DNA from: an uncultured Verrucomicrobiae bacterium
GTDB lineage: Bacteria > Verrucomicrobiota > Verrucomicrobiia > Limisphaerales > JAFGQR01
Assembly (NCBI GenBank): GCA_963788655.1
Contig: CAWBHS010000076.1
Location: 64,001 to 128,000 of the forward strand
Reading direction: 5' to 3'
Length of the DNA: 64,000 bases
The notes under the pieces were generated by a model. It was given only the letters and a program-made list of their open reading frames with translations. It was not told where the DNA came from and ran no database searches. The position numbers and the translations under genes were made by a program. This document shows, piece after piece, positions 1 through 9,932 of this stretch. The stretch's first letter is position 1. The number at the start of each line of letters is the position of its first letter.

Positions 1-80
1 CCAGTCACCAGTGACAAGCCGAGGGACGTTCGCAATACCTGTCCGCCGCCTTCGCCCAGCGAGCCGTCAATGGTTAGCAT
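1..80 (-). CDS. rtcA: RNA 3'-terminal phosphate cyclase, 5' end only (runs off window)
   Basis: Manual translation of the minus strand from ATG at 80: MLTIDGSLGEGGGQVLRTSLGLSLVT, the characteristic RtcA N-terminus (IDGSxGEGGGQxLR). Not in the ORF track because it is truncated. Confidence 0.9.
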   Translation of the reverse strand, partial: MLTIDGSLGEGGGQVLRTSLGLSLVT

Positions 81-553
81 GTTCTCGCTCACAGATCCCG
101 ACGCTAGCCACTGCGGCCCGTCTTGAACAGCCGGAACATTCCATTGGAAAATGCGCTTGCTTGCGCGGATTGGCAGGCCTTGTCGGCCCTTCCCATGATC
201 CACCGGGCATTGCCATCGATGAATTCTAATGATGACCAAGATTGCCAAAACAGAAAATCCGGCTTGGAATTCTTTGCTGGTATGGCTCATTATAACCAGG
301 GTTTGTACCTTATGAAGCAGGTAACTCAAACGAAGGTCTTGTTCGCCCGGACTGGCGTTGCGACTTCAGCAGCGGAAACCGTATTGTGCCAGGACGATTT
401 CAAGTCCGGCCGTCTGGCGGAGCACGGAACCGGGACTCGAAATGCGGGTGCTACCCGGCAATTGCCTGGGATCGCCCGAGGTCGAACATTGGGCGCGGTT
501 CAGCCAGTTTCAGATGGTGCGAATCTGCAAGCGAAAATGGGGTTAATATAACT

Positions 554-1315
554 ATGGTAGCAGTGAAGATTGGATGTTGCGGATTCGCGGGTCGTCGAGA
601 GAACTATTTCAAGAAGTATCCCGTAATTGAGGTGGAGCAGACTTTTTTCGATCCCCCGCGCGTGTTTACCGGTGAAAAGTGGCGGCGGGAAGCGCCGGAC
701 GATTTTGAATTCACCGTGCGCGCCTGGCAGTTGATCACGCACGAACGCACCAGCCCCACGTACCGACGCATGCAGACGCGGATGAACCCCAAAGAATTGG
801 AGGGCGCCGGCCATTTCCAATCGACTCCCGTCGTCTGGCAAGCTTGGCAGCGGACGCACGAAATTGCCACCGCGCTCCGGGCGCGCACCATTTTGTTTCA
901 TTGCCCGGACACCTTCGCGCCCGACGCCGAGAACCAAGACCGCCTGCGCCGGTTTTTTGAACGGGTGCGCCAAGAGACTCAAGCCGGGGAATTCAATTAC
1001 GCCTGGGAACCGCCGGGGACGTGGCCGGACGAGGACGTGGCCGAGCTTTCTGGCGAACTGGGCCTGGTGCATGCCGTGGATCCGTTTGCGACGGACTGCT
1101 TGACGAGCGGCAAATGTTACTTCCGGCTGCACGGCATCAAAGGCTATCGCCACCACCACACCGAAGAGGAATTGCAGCGCCTGATCAAGCTGCTTGGCCG
1201 CTTCGAAGGGGGCTATTGCCTGTTCCACAACCTCCACATGCGGGAAGACGCCTCCCGCCTGACTTGGATGTTGCAGTCGTCCCAGGAAACAGCCGCAGAG
1301 CAAAGCGCCGCCTGA
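554..1315 (+). CDS. DUF72 domain-containing protein
   Basis: VKIGCCGF...VIEVEQTFF...WRREAPDDFEFTVRAWQLITH...YFRLHG motifs typical of DUF72; start moved to ATG 554. Confidence 0.85.
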   Translation: MVAVKIGCCGFAGRRENYFKKYPVIEVEQTFFDPPRVFTGEKWRREAPDDFEFTVRAWQLITHERTSPTYRRMQTRMNPKELEGAGHFQSTPVVWQAWQRTHEIATALRARTILFHCPDTFAPDAENQDRLRRFFERVRQETQAGEFNYAWEPPGTWPDEDVAELSGELGLVHAVDPFATDCLTSGKCYFRLHGIKGYRHHHTEEELQRLIKLLGRFEGGYCLFHNLHMREDASRLTWMLQSSQETAAEQSAA

Positions 1316-1391
1316 CCGCACCGTGGTTCTACCCGCCTTGACGCACAATGCGGGGTTGCCAAATCTCCCTTCCCCATTTACATGTTCGCTT

Positions 1392-1832
1392 ATGAAACTG
1401 ATAACACTGGCTATCGCTGGAACCGCTGCAATCCTCTGGGCGGGCACCGGATTGGCGGCGGCTGGCACGGTAGTGACTACGAAATCCGCCACCAACGTCG
1501 CCGTTGAAAAGACGACGATCACCCACGCCGATGCCGCCGCCGCCGCCAAACTGGTGGCGGCGAAATCCCTCGTGGTGCTCGATCTTCGCACGCCGAAGGA
1601 ATTCGGCGGCGGACACGTGCCCGGAGCGGTCAACCTGGATTGCCTTTCACCCGATTTTGGCAAGCAGCTCGACGCATTGGACAAATCCGAAAAATACCTG
1701 GTTTATTGCGCGTCCGGCCGACGCAGCACCCATTCGCTGCCGCAGTTTCAAAAACGGCGATTCGAATCGCTCGTCCATTTGGATGGCGGGATTGCCGCCT
1801 GGAAACGGGCCGGGGAGCCGCTGGAAAAGTAA
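1392..1832 (+). CDS. Secreted rhodanese-like domain protein
   Basis: Signal-peptide-like N-terminus; VLDLRTPKEFGGGHVPGAVN, VYCASGRRS active-site loop, LDGGIAAW. Confidence 0.9.
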   Translation: MKLITLAIAGTAAILWAGTGLAAAGTVVTTKSATNVAVEKTTITHADAAAAAKLVAAKSLVVLDLRTPKEFGGGHVPGAVNLDCLSPDFGKQLDALDKSEKYLVYCASGRRSTHSLPQFQKRRFESLVHLDGGIAAWKRAGEPLEK

Positions 1833-1860
1833 CTTCCCAACGTTGGTCTAAAGTTCTCCT

Positions 1861-2313
1861 GTGCCCATTTTCTACGAATGTCAACGTTGCACCGCCTGTT
1901 GCCGCTGGCCCGGGCAAACTCGGGTGACCGACGCCGAAATCACCCGCCTGGCCAACTTCCTCGAGCTGGGTGAAGACGAGTTCATTCAACGCTACACCCG
2001 GCTCGCCCTGGACCGGCGCGGGCTCGCCCTGGCGGAGAAACTGACCGGGGAGTGCATCTTTCTCGAAGACCAGGCGTGCGCCGTGCATTCGGTCAAACCG
2101 CGAATGTGCCAGGGCTTCCCGAATTTGTGGAACCTCCCCGGTTGGCAGAAGGTCTGTCAGGCGGTGCCCCGATCGGTCACTGCGGAAGATTACGAACGGC
2201 TGACCGGCGGCCTTCGTGATCACCCCCACGCGGACGCCGGATTGCCTGAAGCAGAAAGAAAGGATTGCCACCTGCCGGACGAGCCCGGCAGTATGCTGGA
2301 ATCTGCTACATGA
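1861..2313 (+). CDS. YkgJ-family (CxxCxxCC) cysteine-cluster protein
   Basis: YECQRCTACC...CIFL...CAVHSVKPRMCQGFP pattern; GTG start. Confidence 0.85.
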   Translation: MPIFYECQRCTACCRWPGQTRVTDAEITRLANFLELGEDEFIQRYTRLALDRRGLALAEKLTGECIFLEDQACAVHSVKPRMCQGFPNLWNLPGWQKVCQAVPRSVTAEDYERLTGGLRDHPHADAGLPEAERKDCHLPDEPGSMLESAT

Positions 2314-3491
2314 TGAATACCGCCATTTCAGATGCGCGCCCCATCGCGCCCGCAACCACCGCCGCGCCCCCGCCGGAAACACTACCGCCCGTGCGCCCAC
2401 CGCGCACGGGTTGGTTCAAGCTGCTTGGAGAAGTGCTGGAGCATGGCGGTCCGGGTTATCTCCAATTTGCTATTACCAATATCTGCAACGCCAAGTGCGA
2501 TTTCTGCGGCTTCGCGGTGGACAAGTTTGATCCCAAAAAGCGCCGCAGCGTTACGCTGCCGGAAGCGCGGGACGTGATCGATATTTGCGTGCGCAATCAC
2601 ATTGGGTACCTGCTGTTCGTCGGCGGCGAACCGTTGGCGCACCGCGAGTTGCCGGCCATGGTCCGCTACGCCGCCGAGCAGGGTATGCGCCCGATGATCT
2701 GCACCAACGGCTCGCTCTGGACGGAAGCCAACATGCGGGAACACGCTCGCAACGGCTTGACCAATGTCATCATGTCCATCGATGCCCACGACGTTGCCCG
2801 GCATGAAACGAACCGCGGCTTGCCGGAGGTCTGCCGCAAAATCAAGCGGGCCAACGAGGTGTTCACCGAACTCGGGGTGCAGACCACCGCCAGCATCACT
2901 GCCAGCCGGCTGATCGATGATTACGACAAGCTCCCGTCGTTCCTTCGCGAACTGGGTTTTACCAACTGCACGTTCAGTTACCCATTAACCACCCTGGGTT
3001 CGAGCTACCTCAGTTTCAGCGACTCCGACCTCGTCAACTATCGTCCGGAGGAACTGATCCAGGTGTTCGAGAAAATCAAAGCGATGAAACGCCGCAGCGG
3101 TTTTCCGGTGGTCAATCCGTCGGAATCACTCTCCGAAATGCAGCGGCATCTGCGCCAGGAACCCGAGCATTTCGGTTGCCTGGGCGGCCACAAATATTTC
3201 TACCTCGATTGGAACCTGGATTTGTACCGCTGCCACTTCTGGGAGACGCCGATGTGCAACATCTACGAGTTCGATCAGTCCAAGTTGATTCGCGACGGTT
3301 GCACGCGTTGCATGATCGACTGCTACCGCGATCCGAGCGTCCTCCAATTGGTGGCCGTCAACGCCAGCGACGCCTGGCACAATCTCAAACGGGGCAAATT
3401 GCTGGCGGCGGCCCGCCATATTTTTGACCGCCGCAACCTGACATCGCTCAAGGCGGTCTGGGAAGATCGCCAGTACATCGGCAAGGTGTGA
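2310..3491 (+). CDS. Radical SAM protein with Cys-rich (SPASM-like) C-terminus
   Basis: CNAKCDFC motif, GGEP, TNG; C-terminal CLGG..C..C..CTRCMIDC; ATGA overlap with the upstream stop. Confidence 0.9.
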   Translation: MMNTAISDARPIAPATTAAPPPETLPPVRPPRTGWFKLLGEVLEHGGPGYLQFAITNICNAKCDFCGFAVDKFDPKKRRSVTLPEARDVIDICVRNHIGYLLFVGGEPLAHRELPAMVRYAAEQGMRPMICTNGSLWTEANMREHARNGLTNVIMSIDAHDVARHETNRGLPEVCRKIKRANEVFTELGVQTTASITASRLIDDYDKLPSFLRELGFTNCTFSYPLTTLGSSYLSFSDSDLVNYRPEELIQVFEKIKAMKRRSGFPVVNPSESLSEMQRHLRQEPEHFGCLGGHKYFYLDWNLDLYRCHFWETPMCNIYEFDQSKLIRDGCTRCMIDCYRDPSVLQLVAVNASDAWHNLKRGKLLAAARHIFDRRNLTSLKAVWEDRQYIGKV

Positions 3492-3570
3492 TCCTGGCAC
3501 AGCGCGGCACCCCCGCCGCCCGTGGCCAGCCCTGCCTTGTCCACCATCATTCGCCGGCCCAACGCCGTGA

Positions 3571-3724
3571 CTAACACTACAGCGACACTTTCACAGATAG
3601 GCGCGCGGCCTTGAGGCCGCTTCAAGCACCCAAGGCCAACCAGCGGCTTGTGGGATAGGACGGTGAAGCGGCGTAAACGCCGCGCTCCTGCCGCGATTTG
3701 CCGGAACTGTCGCTGTAGTGCTAA
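3571..3724. mobile_element. MITE-like element, copy 1 (146 bp, 13-bp TIR, CTAA target duplication, internal REP doublet)
   Basis: CTAA(3571-3574)-CACTACAGCGACA(3575-3587)...TGTCGCTGTAGTG(3708-3720)-CTAA(3721-3724); highly similar copy at 57281-57435. Confidence 0.85.
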
Positions 3725-3814
3725 CTGCGCCGACAAGCAGGCTGCGCCCATTTCTGGCCGTTTTGGCCTTTCTTCGCTCTCGGATTTCGAACTGCGGATT
3801 TCCTCAAATCCCGC

Positions 3815-4933
3815 TTACTTGAGGTGCTCCGGATTCAACGGCTGCAAATCTTTCGGCAGGAACATGCCGTTCTTGCGGATCAGTTCGCCGTCGAACCAGA
3901 CTTCGCCGCCGCCCCATTCCTGGCGCTGGATCAGCACCATGTCCCAGTGCACCGCGGAGCGATTGCCGTTGTCGCAGTCCTCGTAGGCCTGGCCGGGCGT
4001 GAAGTGCAGCGAGCCGGCGATCTTCTCGTCGAACAGGATGTCGCACATCGGATTCAGGATGTAGGGATTGAACCCGAGCGAGAATTCGCCGACGTAACGC
4101 GCGCCCGGCGTCCGTGTCCAGAATCTCATTCAGCCGTTTCGTGTTGTTGCCCGTGGCTTTGACGACTTTGCCGTCTTTGAATTCCAGCCGGACGTTTTCA
4201 AACTTCGTCCCGGCATAAATGCGTCGGCGTGTTGAACTGGATCACGCCGTTCACGGAATTTTTCACCGGGCAGCGAGAACACCTCGCCGTCGGGAATGTT
4301 GCGGTCGCCCTGGCACATCTTGCGCGCCAATGCCCTTGATGCTGAAGGTGAGATCGGTGCCGGGCGCTTTGAGGTGGACGCGGTCGGCCTTCTTCATCCG
4401 TCGTTCCAGCGGCACCATCGCCCTGGCCATCTTCGCGGATAATCCATCGTGCAGACGTCGAAATAGAGATTCTCGAACGCCTCGGTGCTCATGCCGGCGC
4501 GCCTGGGCCATGCTGGGCGTGGGCCAGCGCAGCACGCACCAGCGGGTTTTGTTGACGCGATAGTTCAGCACCGGCCGCATGATGCGCGAGTACAGCGACA
4601 TCCGGTCGCTGGGCACATCGGAATTCTCGTTGGTGTTGGCGCTGCCGCGGATGGCGATGTAGGCCTGCACCTTCTTCATGCGCAACAGTTCCAGGTCGCG
4701 GACCAGCGCGGCGTGGCGTTCGTTGGTGCCGCGCAGCAGTTCCCGGGTGACGCGGGTGTGCCGGACTTCGACCAGCGGCGTGCCGCCGACGCGGCGCGCA
4801 CCGCGCGCATCAGTTCGATGGCGAACTCGTCCGGCACGTCAATCATGTCGAGCAGGGCGGGGTCGCCCTTCTTGATCTCGGTGGAATAATTGACGAGCAA
4901 CTTGGCCAGTTTGGTGTAACGCGGATCGGTCAT
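3815..4933 (-). CDS. M29-family (AmpS-like thermophilic) aminopeptidase, multiply frameshifted
   Basis: Fragments [17 protein letters not shown]..., [62 protein letters not shown] lie in several frames; the indels are probably assembly errors. Confidence 0.85.
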
Positions 4934-5240
4934 AATTCAGGACCACGACCGTAACCACGGCCCTGGATTTGTCGAGTGGTTTTGTGGGACAACTCCGAGC
5001 CGCACCAGAATCGGCGCCACAGGGAAGAACGCCGAAAACCTCCGCGTTGCGGGTTTCCACAAACCGGACTTGCCGAGCTTTTTCCTGGCCGCCGGGTTTG
5101 CCCGCGGCTTGCCCGCAAACTTCGGGCTGAGTGAGCGTGGACCAACTTCTGGGGCGACAGGCTCAGCTTGCCGGCCGCCGGAGATCGTTGAAATCGCCTT
5201 CGCAGCCCAGGTTGCCCGCACCGTGGCACCGTCCAGTAAT

Positions 5241-5828
5241 TCAAATCGCCTCTGGTTTGCCTGGCGGATCGGAAGCCTGGGTTTGGATTTCGCACAGCAA
5301 CCAGGCGCGGGCATACGCCCACCACCGCTTGGCTGTCGCTTCGGAAATTTTGAGCACCTGGGCGGCCTCTTCAACTGATAAGCCCACGAAGAAACGCAGT
5401 TTGACCAGTTGCGCTTTTTCCGGATATTCGGCGGCAAACTGGCTCAAGGCTTCATCAATGGCGAGCAGTTGATCATCGGACGCGGGCGCGGCAATTTCGA
5501 GTTCCTGAACGTCCAGCCGCGGTTGGCCGGCGCCGTGACGCCGGGCTTGTTTGCGGCGGGCATGCTCGATGAGAATCCGGCGCATGGCTTCGGCCGCCGC
5601 CCCAAAGAAGTGGGCGCGGCTGTCCCATTGCTGGCACGGATTCTTCGCGACGCGCAGCCACGCCTCGTGCACCAGGGCGGTCGGCTGGAGGGTTTGCCCG
5701 GGCGACTCATGCGCCATCTTGCTGGCCGCCAGCTTGCGCAATTCCTCGTACACCAGCGGCAAGAGTTCATCGGCGGCCCGGGCATCGCCTTGCTCGATGG
5801 CTTGCAGGATTTGGGTGACGTCACTCAC
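5241..5828 (-). CDS. ECF sigma factor, TIGR02999-like (ECF43-like)
   Basis: MSDVTQIL...LLPLVYEELRKLA...TLQPTALVHEAWLR...AHFFGAAAEAMRRILIEHAR...LRFFVGLS...WAYARAWL; GTG start overlaps the kinase stop. Confidence 0.92.
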   Translation of the reverse strand: MSDVTQILQAIEQGDARAADELLPLVYEELRKLAASKMAHESPGQTLQPTALVHEAWLRVAKNPCQQWDSRAHFFGAAAEAMRRILIEHARRKQARRHGAGQPRLDVQELEIAAPASDDQLLAIDEALSQFAAEYPEKAQLVKLRFFVGLSVEEAAQVLKISEATAKRWWAYARAWLLCEIQTQASDPPGKPEAI

Positions 5829-7968
5829 TTCGCTCCGGGGTTGGGGTCGGTCCCCAGGAGTGTCCGGGCTTCGTTCAGGAGCATTTCAGCGCTGCGCCGG
5901 TCGTTCCAGTTGGCACCGAAGCGGTCGGTGGCCTTGGCTTCGAAGGCGGTCGCTTGAGCCAAGGTCGTGCGAGCTGCCTCCGGTTGGTTGAGTTGATATT
6001 GAGTCATTGCCAGCACGGCATCCACCTGCAGCGTTAGTGCGGGATCGCCGGACTGACCGGCGGCCGCTTGCAACCAGTTGACGGCGCTGGCGAAATGGCC
6101 CTGGCGATATTCGGCAAAGCCCTTGACGAATTTCATCCAGCCGTTGGGGGTGGGATCCTTGACGGCGGTCTCCGCCATTTTAGCAAGGATTGGCAACTGG
6201 CTCGCCGCCGGAGCCAGGAGCAGACAATCCCGCCCAATCCGCTCGGCAGTGGTCGGATCGGACGTGCCGCCAAAGCAGCGCAGCATCTTCTCCCGATGTT
6301 GCTGATAGGCGCCCAAGTTTCCCATCGCCACCAGCACGGGCGACAGCAGGTGATAAGCATAGTGATTGGTGGGGTCCGCCTGGATGGCGCGCGTGTAGTT
6401 CGTAAGCGCCGGCGGCCACTCGCCGCGATAGGCGTGGAGATCGCCAATCATATTGAAAACGGCCGCTGCTTGACGGACCACCGGGGGCACGTGATCCATC
6501 AATTCTTCGGCTTGCGCAAACTCGCCCCGGCTCAGGAAGTAACCGGCAGCCGCGAGCTTGTCGGCCACGTCCGAAATGGTGCGCATCTCCTTTTCCAGGG
6601 CCCAACCCTTCTCGGCTTGCAGCCAGAGATGCAGCGAAACCACCAGTCCGAGCACCAGCGCGGCGACCACCGCGCCCGCCGCGATGAACACCGTCTTGTT
6701 CCGGCGCACCAGTTTGTGGAACCGGTAGAGATTGCTGGGTGGACGGGCTTCGACCGCGTCGTTCTGCAAGAACCGTTGCACATCCCGGGCCAGGGCGTTG
6801 GCGGTTTCATAACGGCGCGTGCGATCCTTTTCCAGCGACTTCATCACGATCCAATCCAAGTCCCCGCGGACGAAATGGACGAGTTTGGGGGCTTCGGCGC
6901 TGTGCCGCTTGGCGACCGAAGTCAGATCGGCGGCCAACATCGTGCTCAAGCGGGTCGAGGGACGCACGGGTTCCTGTTCGCGGATGGTGCGGCGCATCTG
7001 GTCGAGGCCGGACTGCATGCAGTTCCTGCGGATCAAACGGCGTGCGGCTCGTGAGCAACTCGTAGAGCATTACGCCCAAACTGTAGATGTCACTGCGCGT
7101 GTCCACGTCCAGTCCGCTCATCTCCGCCTGCTCGGGACTCATGTAAGCGGGCGTGCCAATGAACTGGTGCAGTTCGGTGTAAACCGTGAGTTCGGTCAGG
7201 CGGCCTTCCATGGATTTGGCAATCCCGAAGTCGATCACCTTCGGCACGGGCACGCCGTCGTGCAGGGTCACCAGAATGTTGGAGGGTTTGATGTCCCGAT
7301 GGATCACGCCTTTTTGATGCGCATGTTGAATGGCATGGCAGACCTGCATGAACAATTCCAGGCGTTCCTGGGTGCTCGAGATTGTTTTGGTCGCAATACT
7401 CGGTGATGCGAATGCCGCGCACCAATTCCATGACGAAATAGGGCCGGCCGGTCACCGTGGCGCCGGCATCCAGCACCTTGGCGATGTTCGGGTGGTCCAT
7501 CATGGCCAGCGCCTGGCGCTCGGCTTCGAAGCGGGCAATGACACTTTGGTGTCCATGCCCAGCTTGATGATCTTCAGGGCCACCCGCCGGCGCACCGGTT
7601 CGGTTCTGCTCGGCCATATACACCGTCCCGCAGCCGCCTTCCCCGAGTTTCTCCCGGATCTTGTAGCGGCCAATGATGTCGCCGGGTTTTTCGGTCACCG
7701 GCACGGACACGACCAGGGTTTCTTGAGCGGGACTGGGGGAAGCCGCCGGCAGGGGCGGCTCGAGGAATTCTCCGGCTCCGGCAAAAGCCTGGAGCAAGGC
7801 CGCCACCCGTTGGCGCAGCGGGCCATCGTGGCCGCAGGCTTGCGCGAGGTAATTGGCCCGTTGGTCGGGGGGCAACGCCAGGGCCGCCGCGAACAGGGCT
7901 TCCTCGCGACCCAACTCAGGTTGGATTGGCCCCGCGGTATTGGAGTTGCCCGTCATGGACCGGAACAT
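5825..7968 (-). CDS. Ser/Thr protein kinase with TM helix and C-terminal TPRs, frameshifted
   Basis: [54 protein letters not shown] across three ORFs; TM segment then TPR-like helices. Confidence 0.88.
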
Positions 7969-8033
7969 AGTCAGAATTCTTTCGGGGGGAAGGTTTTTGT
8001 GGGGGCTGCGATTTCAGCGGAATCGCCCGCCGG

Positions 8034-8245
8034 AAATCCGGAATAAGCCCGAAGTCCGAAAGGCCGAAACCAAAGCGGCTCTCCCAAACCGCCCGCCGGC
8101 CCTCTCCGCGTCTGGCGGCTCGGCACCGCAGGCATGTCCACTACCTGCGCCCGATGGGCCGCCGCACGACGTGAAGCGCTTTTCGGATTTTGGATTTGGG
8201 CCATTCGGATTTCTTTCGGATTTCGGATTTCGAGCTTCGGATTTG
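8034..8245. repeat. Degenerate heptamer (TTCGGAT / ATCCGAA) tandem repeats in inverted arrangement
   Basis: TTCGGAT-like units at 8182-8245 and complementary units at 8034-8070; similar units at ~3772-3803. Confidence 0.65.
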
Positions 8246-8252
8246 CCGCCTG

Positions 8253-9095
8253 TTAACGTCCGTTGGTGTCCGATGCCACAGCCAGTTTTTGCTGCAAGCC
8301 GTCGTCGCTGGGGAATAGGCCCGCCCCCCGTTCCCACACCAGGTGCGCGTAGTCGGCGTAACCGGCCTTCAGATACTGGTCGCCCAGCAAGACGTAGCTG
8401 TCGGCAAAGTGCGGTTGCGGTGGCTGGACTTCCTGTTGCTCGATCAACGTCCGAAAATGTTCGATGACCTCCGGGCCTTTGTTCATGCTTTCGGGCCAAT
8501 AGGACAAGGCGACGGCTTTGGTAAACCTCGCTTCCCAGTTGGCGGGATCCAGGTTCAACGCCAGGTCCAGGACCTTGTCGGCTTGCATCGCGAGGATGGC
8601 CTGTTCCCGCATGTCCTGGAGGGTGGCGCACTTTTGGAAATACGCCTGGCCCAGGGCGGCAGGATAGACGGCGGCTTGGGGATCGGCGGCCATCCGCTGT
8701 TCGAGTTCGTGGATGGCCGGGTCGAGTCGGCCTTGATCCCGCAATTGTTTCCAGGCCCCTTGCTTCTGGCCGTAGCCGATTTGCGGCGAAACCAGAATCT
8801 CGATGGCTTGGTTGACCAAGGCCTCATCCACCCGGGCGTCGGTCGAAGCCGGGCTCGGTTCGCTCTCCTGCTCGACCGGCATTGGGGCTGGCAGGGATGG
8901 GCGTGGGGCGGACGGTGGCTCGGCCGCCATGATGGGTTCAGATTCCAAGGGATCTTCCCTGACTGGAGCCGGGGCGTTAACGGCTGCCGCCACGGGTGCA
9001 TCCGGAATATCCGTCAACGCTCGTGACCGGTTGAGGTAACAGAAAACGCCCACCAAGATGCTCAGGCCGGAAATTGCCAAGACTAAGTTTTTCAT
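8253..9095 (-). CDS. Membrane-anchored TPR-containing hypothetical protein
   Basis: N-terminal hydrophobic anchor, Pro-rich linker, TPR-like helices (ALNLDPANWEARF, SYVLLGDQY). Confidence 0.75.
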   Translation of the reverse strand: MKNLVLAISGLSILVGVFCYLNRSRALTDIPDAPVAAAVNAPAPVREDPLESEPIMAAEPPSAPRPSLPAPMPVEQESEPSPASTDARVDEALVNQAIEILVSPQIGYGQKQGAWKQLRDQGRLDPAIHELEQRMAADPQAAVYPAALGQAYFQKCATLQDMREQAILAMQADKVLDLALNLDPANWEARFTKAVALSYWPESMNKGPEVIEHFRTLIEQQEVQPPQPHFADSYVLLGDQYLKAGYADYAHLVWERGAGLFPSDDGLQQKLAVASDTNGR

Positions 9096-9154
9096 ATTGT
9101 CGTAATGTTGTGCCTCGCCGCTCGCACTATTCGGCGGCGTTCATATATCCGACA

Positions 9155-9797
9155 ATGCGAAATCCGGGAGCAAAAGGGCTCACCCGCCAGGTGGATGAAT
9201 TGAAGCAGCGCTTCAACGGCATTGATCCCGAGGAAGTCCGGAGGATCGTGGAGGAACAGCGCAAGCTGGAGGAAGAACAGCAACTAAAGGCCGGGGAATA
9301 CAGGAAGGTTCTGGAGACCCGGCTCAAAGCCGTGAAGCCCGACCCGGGAAAACAACTTGAAGAGGTTTCGAGGGAACGAGACTCCCTGAATGTTCGCCTG
9401 GCTTCCATCCAGATCGACCAGGCCGTGGTGACTGAAGCGACCAAGCGCGGGCTGCGGGCGTCCGCATTGCCCGACATCACGGCGCGAGCGCGAAACACTT
9501 TCCGCCTGGTGACCGGGGTGCTCCAGGCATTCGAAGGCGATGGCCAGACGGTCCGCATGGGCAAAGATGGCCTCACGCCTTTGACATTGGCGGAGTGGAT
9601 TGATCTTCAGGTCAGTGAGGCTCCGCATCTGTTCGAATCCAACGCTGGTGGCGGTACCGCCAACAACCCCTCCGGGTGGAGCTGGCCAACGGTCCGTGAA
9701 GAATCTCTGGAAACGCGATACCTGGAACCTCACGGAGCAAAGGCGGCGGATGAAGAGTGACCTGCCATTGGCGGCACGACTCAATGCAGCCGGCTAA
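9155..9797 (+). pseudogene. Orphan phage capsid-scaffolding-like gene, 5'-truncated and frameshifted
   Basis: Coiled-coil FNGIDPEEVR..., APHLFESNAGGG linker and, after a frameshift near 9675, KNLWKRDTWNLTEQ...LAARLNAAG, which resembles phage scaffold C-termini. Confidence 0.6.
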
Positions 9798-9932
9798 GAG
9801 CCTGTTTTAAAACTCCAACCGGTTTGTAGCAGCCGACGTGAGGAAGCTCATTGTTCTTCGGAAAACCGTACCACGCCCGAAATGAATGAGCCTCCTTACG
9901 TCGGCTGCTACCATTTTTCAAACAGGCGCTAA
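9795..9932. mobile_element. Second MITE-like element (IS5-type GAGCCTGTTT ends, TAA duplication) enclosing a GTAG-type REP doublet
   Basis: TAA(9795-9797)-GAGCCTGTTT...AAACAGGCGC(9920-9929)-TAA(9930-9932); internal inverted pair GTAGCAGCCGACGTGAGGAAGCTCA (9826-9850) / TGAGCCTCCTTACGTCGGCTGCTAC (9887-9911). Confidence 0.75.

Noticed and set aside
81..300. Sigma54 (RtcR-type) promoter for rtcA
   Set aside because: No GG-N10-GC with TGGCA/TTGC context found on the minus strand.
123..551. 142-aa ORF upstream of DUF72
   Set aside because: No motifs, and it occupies the divergent promoter region between rtcA and DUF72.
4120..4800. Programmed frameshifting in the aminopeptidase and ABC permeases
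   Set aside because: Too many indels, no slippery heptamers, and these families are not known to recode; assembly error is more parsimonious.
8182..8245. Possible CRISPR array or DGR repeat
   Set aside because: Units are 7 nt with no spacers; no cas or reverse-transcriptase gene anywhere in the window.
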